A stretch of DNA of 64,000 bases from Eledone cirrhosa (lineage: Eukaryota), in the NCBI GenBank assembly GCA_964016885.1, contig OZ024743.1, positions 105,214,001 to 105,278,000 on the forward strand, in the 5' to 3' direction. The notes under the pieces are model-generated. The model saw only the letters and a list, made by a program, of their open reading frames with translations. It did no database searches and was not told the DNA's origin. Below are positions 56,421 through 64,000 of this stretch, piece after piece. How positions within the stretch are numbered: position 1 is the first letter of the stretch; every line of letters begins with the position of its first letter. The translations under genes and the position numbers were made by a program.

Positions 56421-59400
56421 TATTATTATTATTATTATTATTGTTGTTATTCCTTGAATCTCAGTCATTGATGTTGGTTAGCTGGAAAGTCCGTTGGAAT
56501 GAATATCAAGCCACTACCTGCAGCCTCAGATATTCAGGACGTATCGGAGGGTTCTTGCTGTTCCAAGCAAGCATGCCTTTTGAAGCGTTCCAAAAAGCGT
56601 GAAGGGGCCGATTTTCTTTAACCATCCCTGGAAACTTTTGGAGATAGTCCCCAGTGCGCCTATGACAATCGGGATCACTTTGACTTCATGGCAGTTCCAA
56701 ATCCTTTTCACCTCCCACTTTAGGTCCTGGTATCGGTTAATTTTCTCCCTCTCCTTCTCTTGCACTCTCGTGTCGAACGGGCAGGCCACATCCACAATCA
56801 GACACGATCTTTTTTCTTTGTCCACAACCACCAGGTCAGGTCTATTATGTTCCAGTTTTTTGTCCGTCTGTATCCTAAAATCCCACAGCACCTTCACCTG
56901 ATTGTTCTCCATCACCGCCTCCGGCCTATGCTCATACCATTTCTCAGAATGTGGTAAATTGTTTACTTTGCACAGGTGCCAGTGGATCACCCTGCCCATC
57001 ACATCGTGTCTCCAGCCCTTATAGTGGGTCTGGGCTAGGTGTTTACACTCGGACACAATGTGAGCCACAGTCTCCTCTCTCTCTCCACAGATCCTGCACA
57101 GTGGGCTAGCCTCCTCCTTGTAAATATGGTGCTTCAACCACTTCGTTTTGAGGGCCTGCTCCTGCGCAGCCATTATCATTCCTTCTGTAGCCTTTTTGAG
57201 GTCTCCTCTTCTCAACCAGTTCCATGTCTGTGGATCTCTAAATTCAGTTTTCTCAAAGAAGGTACTATGAAGGGATTTTCCCTTAAGGCTGCTCTTCCTC
57301 CTTGATGTTATTTCCTCCTTGGACATCCCCTGGCCTACTGTCCCCTCCTTCAGTACAGTTTTGAGCATTGGCTCCTTACTATAGGTCACGTATTTGTATA
57401 GGTTGTTTTTCTCCATCTGAACACAGTCCTCTATGCTGATAAGACCTCTTCCACCCTCAGATCTCCTTAGGTAGAGTCTATCGACATCACTCCTCTTGTG
57501 GAACATGTTGTAGATAGTCAATAGCTTCCTAGTCTTCCTATCCATTTCTTTTTGTTCAGCAACATTCCATCTCAGAATTCCCGCACTGTACCTAATAATA
57601 GACACAGCTCGGGAATTTACTGCGCTTATGGCATTTCTGCTGTTCAGATGTGACTTCAATACGCTCCTTACTCTCCGAATGTATTCAGTTCTTAACAATT
57701 CCTTCATTTTTTTTGTTCTTTATGCCATCAGCCTCCAGAACGCCCAAATACTTGTATCCTTCCTCAGAGTCAATTTCCTTTATCATCTCACCTGTTGGTA
57801 TCTGGATCCCGCTACTTCTGCTCAACCTACCCCTCCTCATCACAATGACTCCACATTTACCAACACCAAACTGCATACATATATCACTGCTGAAAATACG
57901 GACAGTGTCAACAAGCACATCCAACTCCTTCTCACTTTTCCCGAAGAGCTTAAGATCGTCCATGAAGAGGAGGTGATTGATGGTAAGCTCTCCCCTTCCC
58001 AACTTGTATCCTGCTCTCACTTTTCGCAGCATAATGGTCAAGGGCATTAGGGCAAGGACAAACAACAGAGGGGACAGGCTATCTCCCTGGAAGATACCTC
58101 TCTTGATCTTCACGCTTCCCAAGGATACTCCAGTTGATGTCAACTCTGTCTCCCAGGACCCCATACTCCTGCCCAGCAACTGTCTGATGTTATCTGCCAC
58201 CCTGAAGATCTCCAGGCTTTTGGTGATCCAAGAATGAGGCACCATGTCAAATGCCTTTCTGTAGTCTATCCATCCCATGGCAAGATCAGTGTGTCTCCTC
58301 CTGCAATTCCCCATTACCATCTTATCAATAAGTAACTGGTCCTTTGTACCACGTGACTTCTTTCGGCATCCTTTCTGTTCGTCCGGTAACAAGTTGTTTG
58401 TGTGGAGGTGATGGTAGATTTCCTCAGACACAATGCTCGTCAACAGTTTCCACATTACGGACAGACATGTGATAGGTCTATAGTTGGTAACATCATTACC
58501 CTTGATTCGGTCTTTCATTATCAGAACTGTGGTACCTTTTGTCAACCACTCTGGCACCTCACCCGACACCAAGCAGTCATTGAACATGGCCGTCAGCTTC
58601 GGGTGGAGGGATGTTAAATGTTTAATCCAATACCCCTGCACACCATCTGGGCCTGGTGATTTCCAGTTGGTTAGTTTTTTGGCCTGCCCCTTAAGAGTTT
58701 CAACTGTGATACTCAAATCAGTTTGTTGTTGTGCCTGCTCACCGATCTCCCTCTGTACTGTCTCAATCCACCCTGCCTGGGCATTGTATCTAACATCCTG
58801 CTCCCATATTCCTCTCCAGAATGTTTTAGTTTGCTCCGCCCCAGGGATCAAGTCGTTGCCTCTTTCTTTCCCCTCAAGCTGTCCAAACAGCATCTTCTGG
58901 TTGTTGTCGAACATGCGGTTCTGTTTATACTGACTGACTCTGTTCTCGTATCGCCTGATTTTTGCACTCTTTGCTACAATGCGTTGCTTCAATTCCTCTA
59001 TGATAATATTTAGCTTTTTCCTCCTAGTTTTGTATTTTATTTCCAGTCTATTTTTAGTGCCTATGTTTTTTAGTGTCCCATTCAGTAGTGACTCAAGCTT
59101 TCCTATGTCATTTCTCATTTCCCCGATTTGCCCACTCAGTCGCTTCTTCCACCACGGCTCTGCTCTTTCTTGTCTGTTGTTTCCTCTCGCTTTTATACCA
59201 AGTAGTTTCCTCACCGTATTTGCTGTTGCTTTGAGGATATTGTTGCACTGGTGAAGGCTCCTCGCCTCAAGGTATGGGATGACTTTGTTGACCTTAGCTG
59301 TTGTTTCTTTTAACTTTTTCCTGTCTACAAATCTTAGGTTCATAGGTCTCCCACTATCATTGTTCAATTCATCTACCACTAAATTTAGGATGTCAACCGA

Positions 59401-60360
59401 ATCTTGTCCTAGCCCGTCAGCATTCATCTCCTCAGTGGCCGTATCTCTGTTCCAGGTATTATTTATCTCAGTATTCAGATCATTGTCTGCTTCGGGTGGT
59501 TCCTCAGTTCTCAGGACCTCTTCACCTTCATTTCCCACTGGCTCGCTTGTCTGGCATACTACACCCGTCATCTCCAAGCCATTCTCTCTGCTCAGTTCCT
59601 CCAGTTCCAGCTCGCTTATCCATCCATTAGTTCTTATTACCCGAGCCTGCCCGGCCAATTTTTGTTCATCTAATTTAAATAAACCAATCTTGTTCCAGAT
59701 GTTATGCATCCGTCTCCTGTAGCCCCTCTCCTTGGGGTCACTTTTCAGGTAACATTGCATAACAGTTCTATTCAATTCTTTCGTCCAGTTGGTTCTGGCC
59801 CCTTTCCTTCTTCTCCTTCCTCCAACATCAGCAGTATTTGGTTGACAGTCAGGTTCCTGCTGGTGAGCCAGGGGGCACCTGTTGGGTGAGAGTCTGTCAC
59901 ATGACGTTCTAGTCTCCATTTCACCGTTATTCGAACTGTTTATGTTCGATATTTAAACACTCTTATCAAGGATTGGCGAATGTATGGTTACATATCCATC
60001 TGTGGATCCGCCATTCCACTTGGCCCTTGTGTGGCATTATCACCACGCTGTATACGAACACACATAAACAAACAAACACACAGGCAGAAAGGGCCCCAAA
60101 ATGAATAAGCATAAGTTTCATTGTAATGTAGTGTTCGAATGTCTGACTTAGTTTTTGTTTTTTAAGTTTTAGTTTTTCCCCCCTCTTCTCTGTCCGTCCG
60201 CCTGCTTCTCTCTTCATTCTTATTTTCTTTACGTTTTTGGGGTTTTTTGTTTTTTTTTGTTTTTGTTTTTCTCTGTTTGTTTTTCTCGTTTTTTGCTGTT
60301 GTTGCTGTGCTGCTTTGGTTTTGTTGTTTGTTTTTTCTTTTTTCTTTTGAGTCTATCTAT
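56421..60360 (-). mobile_element. apparently full-length R4/Dong-type non-LTR retrotransposon flanked by (TAA)n
   Basis: 5' UTR, single RT-RLE ORF with one frameshift, short 3' UTR, and (TAA)n on both sides. Confidence 0.95.
56526..59919 (-). pseudogene. RT plus restriction-like endonuclease ORF (about 1130 aa), one frameshift in an A8 run at 57707-14
   Basis: KSPGPDG, NYRPITCL, DYRKAFD, GIFQGDSLSP, LFMDDLK, CRIC..H...C and RPD..D..CP..K..Y motifs. Confidence 0.93.
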
Positions 60361-60593
60361 TATTATTATTATTATTATTATTATTGGCGACCTACGTAGG
60401 AAATCGTATTATCGTGAGCTCCGCAAAGGTTTGTTATTTCCGTTTGTTTAAAAATTGCCATTTATGGAAAATTTTATTGTAAACTGTTTATAAGCACACA
60501 TACATTGTTTTCCGAAAAGGACACCCAAAAAGATTGGGGCCTTGTGCCCAAAATTTTAACTTTTATTATTATCCAAAAATTTCTTTGAAAAAA

Positions 60594-62468
60594 ATGGCTA
60601 ATTCCCCTCTGCACGAAGCAGCTGAAAGCCTTCCTCACAAAATAACACCTCACACCGACACCACCATTGTAAATGTTACTACGTTTGCCAACACAAAAAA
60701 AAGTATAAGCAGTAGCAATATTTTAAATTTGTCTCAGGCAGACATTCATTTCCCACCATTACCAATGACTGCAGGTGTTAAACCCTCCACCACCACCACC
60801 ACCACCACCACCACCACCACCACCGCGACAACCACCACCACCACCACCACCACCGCGACAACGGAAACAAAAGAAGAAAAAAATAAATTAACTCGTGACG
60901 TCGAAATGAAATCAAGCAAAATGGACTCTTCCCCACCAAAGACGACTGACGTCACCACCACCACAACTGAAAATAAAATTAATATTAACGATAGCAACAA
61001 CAACAATGACACCTAATAAAATGGAGCATCGGCGCCTGTGCACCGTGTCGTATAGAACAATAAATGTAAAATCGCGCCGAGTGGAACGGGCATCCGAGTC
61101 TCAAATCCAAAAAGCTTTGGGACATGTGTGGGCAAGAAAAACCCACATCAGACGTGGGCAAAAGTATGGAACCGTGGATGTGTTCTTTGAAACACCAGAG
61201 GAGGCTAGAGAACACTCCATGGCCCCATTAAAAAGTGACGACTTCACACTCGTCCCAAGCTATTGTGGCCAGAGACTCGTAAAGATCAGGGTGACCCACG
61301 TTCCACCGGCCATCGAAATTCCCTGGCTAATAGCGGCTGTCCTCGCCGGCATCGAAGCCAACACGAAAATAATAGCAGTAGCAAAAGAAAAGCAGGAAAA
61401 CTGGTCCGGATCTGGGATGGAGCTCCTGATCCAAGCGGACCAAAAAAGCATTGAGGAGATCCCAGAGGTAATAGACCTCACTGACGGCAGCCACCTCACG
61501 GTAATTGTCGAGGGCAGAAGACCTAGGTGTGTCGTTTGTGGTGAAGGAACCCACCTAAGGGCTTTCTGCCCTCAGGCTAAAAGGTTGAGGCCACCTCTCC
61601 TACCCACCCAGTGACACAACCATCAACACCACCAGTAGCAGAGATGGCAGCAACAACTGTAGCAGAAACAACAGAAGCAACTATAACAGCAACAACCCCA
61701 GCAACAGTAGCAAAACCAACACCACTACCACCACCAGCAAAACCAACACCACTACCACCCAACGCTTCAGAACTAGCACCAGCGCCTACACCATCCACCA
61801 CACGACAACCAAAACTAACGGCTGTGGAGGATTTTCCACTCCCCGGCCTATCACAACTGGAGACAGATTGTGACGACGAGGAGTGGGAAACGATATCCGA
61901 AAAAAAAAAAAGAAACCAAAAAAGAAAAAATTCTCTTCCTTCCCCCTCCAAAAACAAAATACAGAGGGAAACAAATAAACTAAGAAACAAAAAAGTTAGG
62001 ACAGATATGCCACCATCCACACCAGCATCACCAACCCCATCAACCCAAACACCAACACCATCACCATCATTATCCCCAGCACCACCATCACCTACACCAC
62101 AAAAGTCACCAAAATGCGAAACAGAAACAAACCCACAACAAACGCAAACAAAACAAAACAACCAAAACGATACACACTACACAGCATTAAATTTGAACAA
62201 CAAGCAATTATTACACTACATCCAACACAACACCAGCATCACAGAAAAAGACTACACAACAACCCCAAAATTCACACCACCTCCACACATACAAATCACT
62301 CGCATCACACAGAAAACGTACATGACACTAAAACAAAAATTCCCCAAAGACATCGGAGACTTCCGACAAGTACTCTCCAGGAGGATTTATAAGGACATCC
62401 TTCCTGAGGAGGCCACAAGCAGTGAAAAGGATGGAAAAGCCGTCCTTCCCCTACGAGAAGTAAGGTAA
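60594..62468 (+). pseudogene. LINE ORF1 (Gag-like CCHC knuckle, Thr/Pro-rich linkers), two frame breaks
   Basis: Segments 60594-61016, 61006-61614 (CVVCGEGTHLRAFC = CX2CX4HX4C) and 61611-62468. Confidence 0.75.
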
Positions 62469-62502
62469 GTGGTCTTTCCCATCTTTTCCACTCCTTTTCA
62501 AC

Positions 62503-64000
62503 ATGACCTCACTCAGAATAGGCAGCATAAATGCGCGTGGCTTGGAGTCGTCATGGAAGCAGGGCCACCTGCTCAACGACCTCAGGTCACTAAACATAGA
62601 TGTAGTGGCCATCAGCGAGACCAGAATCTCCGAAGCACAGGCTTTCGCACCGATCTTCGGCGGCTACGATGTGTACGCATCTCCCAGCCGTCCGGGATCG
62701 GGGGGAGGAGTTGCTGTGCTTTTTCGGGGAGGTTTGGATCTTGCCATACGGGCCATCTTCCTGGACCCAGAAGGTAAGTTGGTGGTGCTGGACGTAACCA
62801 GCAGAGACGGGCAAGCTTTCAGGTTAGTGGCCGTCTATGCCCCGACAGGAGCAGGGCGGCCTGATTTCTTCCGGCGTCTGGAGACCTTTCTTGGAACGTC
62901 CCGCTTTTTAGTGTTAGTGGGCGACTGGAACGGGATCTTAGATGCACGCTGGGATTGTGTGGGATTAGTGGATAGGAAAGGAGGGTGCAAGAGTCTCACC
63001 AACCTGCTCAGACGTTTTGAACTGTCTGACAGGTACCGAATGGATTTCCCGAATGTACCAATGTGGACTTGGACAAATCGCATAGGGTCATCCAGATCAT
63101 ATCTAGATAGAGTATTTTGTAGGGAAATAGATAGGTCTAGCATAGGCTGTCCACAATTCAAGATAGTCAGCTACACGGACCACAAATTCGTGATCTGTGT
63201 GCTTGACTTAGATAGGCTTCATAGACGAGGACCCGGCTACTGGAAGCTAAACGCGTCCTTACCAGCGCGCAAGGCCTACAGAGACCGGATTAGCGAACTA
63301 GTTAAGCGGGCGTTGACGGGGGCCATCGTCAACAACAAGTGGTGGTTTGCTCTGAAAAGAGCAATTAGAATAGAGTCCATTAGGTTTAGTAAGACTTTAG
63401 CAATAGAGAAAAATAGAGCAGAGGAAGAATTAGTTAGAAAATTAGATGAGGCGCTTAGCAAAGGCATCGCGACCGACGTACTTGCGGCGAAATTGGCCCT
63501 TGACCAATTCTTCAATGCAAAGCACGAAGGCTGCGTTGTCAGAGCTAGGGTGCGTGCTCTCAGACACGAGGGGACGAAAGCCGTTCAATGGGCCCGAGTG
63601 GCGGAGGCGCGTCGTGGCAACAAAACCACGATCCGGTCTTTGATGGACCACGACGGGCGCATGCTACTCGATCCCGGGCAAATGTGTGAAGCTTTTCAGC
63701 GACACTTCGCTCAACTTTTCGGGGGCAGTGGCGGGCCGGCTCGAGGGATGGACTTTAGTGTCTACCTCGACGGACTGCCGCGGCTTTCGGCCACTGAGGC
63801 GGAGTGTTGCGAAAAGCCGATAACAACCGCTGAAGTACGGGATGCAATGACTAGTTGCACAAGGGGTAAATCGCCTGGTTTGGATGGTCTGCCCTATGAA
63901 CTTTACGTACAAATGCCAAACTTGTTCGGAGGCCTCTTGGCGGACGTCTACTGCAACTGGCAACAGAACGGGAGAATTCCCAGCTCTGTGAGCCGAGGAG
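62503..64000 (+). CDS. LINE ORF2: APE endonuclease and start of RT; no stop seen before the window end
   Basis: MTSLRIGSINARGL..AISET..GGGVAVLF..VYAP..GDWN..YLDRVF..TDH..GYWKLN..KSPGLDGLPYELY. Missing from the ORF track, presumably because it has no stop codon in the window. Confidence 0.92.
   Translation, partial: MTSLRIGSINARGLESSWKQGHLLNDLRSLNIDVVAISETRISEAQAFAPIFGGYDVYASPSRPGSGGGVAVLFRGGLDLAIRAIFLDPEGKLVVLDVTSRDGQAFRLVAVYAPTGAGRPDFFRRLETFLGTSRFLVLVGDWNGILDARWDCVGLVDRKGGCKSLTNLLRRFELSDRYRMDFPNVPMWTWTNRIGSSRSYLDRVFCREIDRSSIGCPQFKIVSYTDHKFVICVLDLDRLHRRGPGYWKLNASLPARKAYRDRISELVKRALTGAIVNNKWWFALKRAIRIESIRFSKTLAIEKNRAEEELVRKLDEALSKGIATDVLAAKLALDQFFNAKHEGCVVRARVRALRHEGTKAVQWARVAEARRGNKTTIRSLMDHDGRMLLDPGQMCEAFQRHFAQLFGGSGGPARGMDFSVYLDGLPRLSATEAECCEKPITTAEVRDAMTSCTRGKSPGLDGLPYELYVQMPNLFGGLLADVYCNWQQNGRIPSSVSRG

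Larger units (their letters stand above)
60387..64000 (+). mobile_element. L1/Tx1-type LINE, 5' half, continues beyond the window
   Basis: 5' UTR follows (ATT)n; ORF1 has a zinc knuckle; ORF2 has APE and RT motifs. Confidence 0.93.

Noticed and set aside
59965-60055. HDV-like ribozyme in the Dong-like 5' UTR
   Set aside because: P2- and P4-like pairings are visible, but I could not build P1, P3 or L3.

Overview
AT-rich eukaryotic intronic or intergenic DNA, dense in microsatellites, with no confidently identifiable host gene. The SINE and microsatellite repertoire suggests a cephalopod or other mollusc (inference). Content: (i) RLE-type non-LTR retrotransposons of R4/Dong type sitting in (TACA)n or (TAA)n tracts, one near-intact full-length copy at 56.4-60.4 kb; (ii) an L1/Tx1-type LINE whose 5' half has an open ORF2 running off the window, plus a separate 3' fragment; (iii) an RTE fragment and a three-copy non-autonomous element with RTE-like ends; (iv) many tRNA-derived SINEs; (v) Penelope-like RT and GIY-YIG fragments. 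The most striking signal is absent from the ORF track: about a dozen loci with type I hammerhead ribozyme motifs (complete, degenerate or 3' halves) in non-coding elements ending in (TA)n. Two occur as tandem 539-bp and 489-bp monomers with an inverted, circularly permuted copy (retrozyme-like). Eight sit in long fold-back structures, and five of the fold-back junctions map to the ribozyme core/stem II. All alignments and folds were done by eye.
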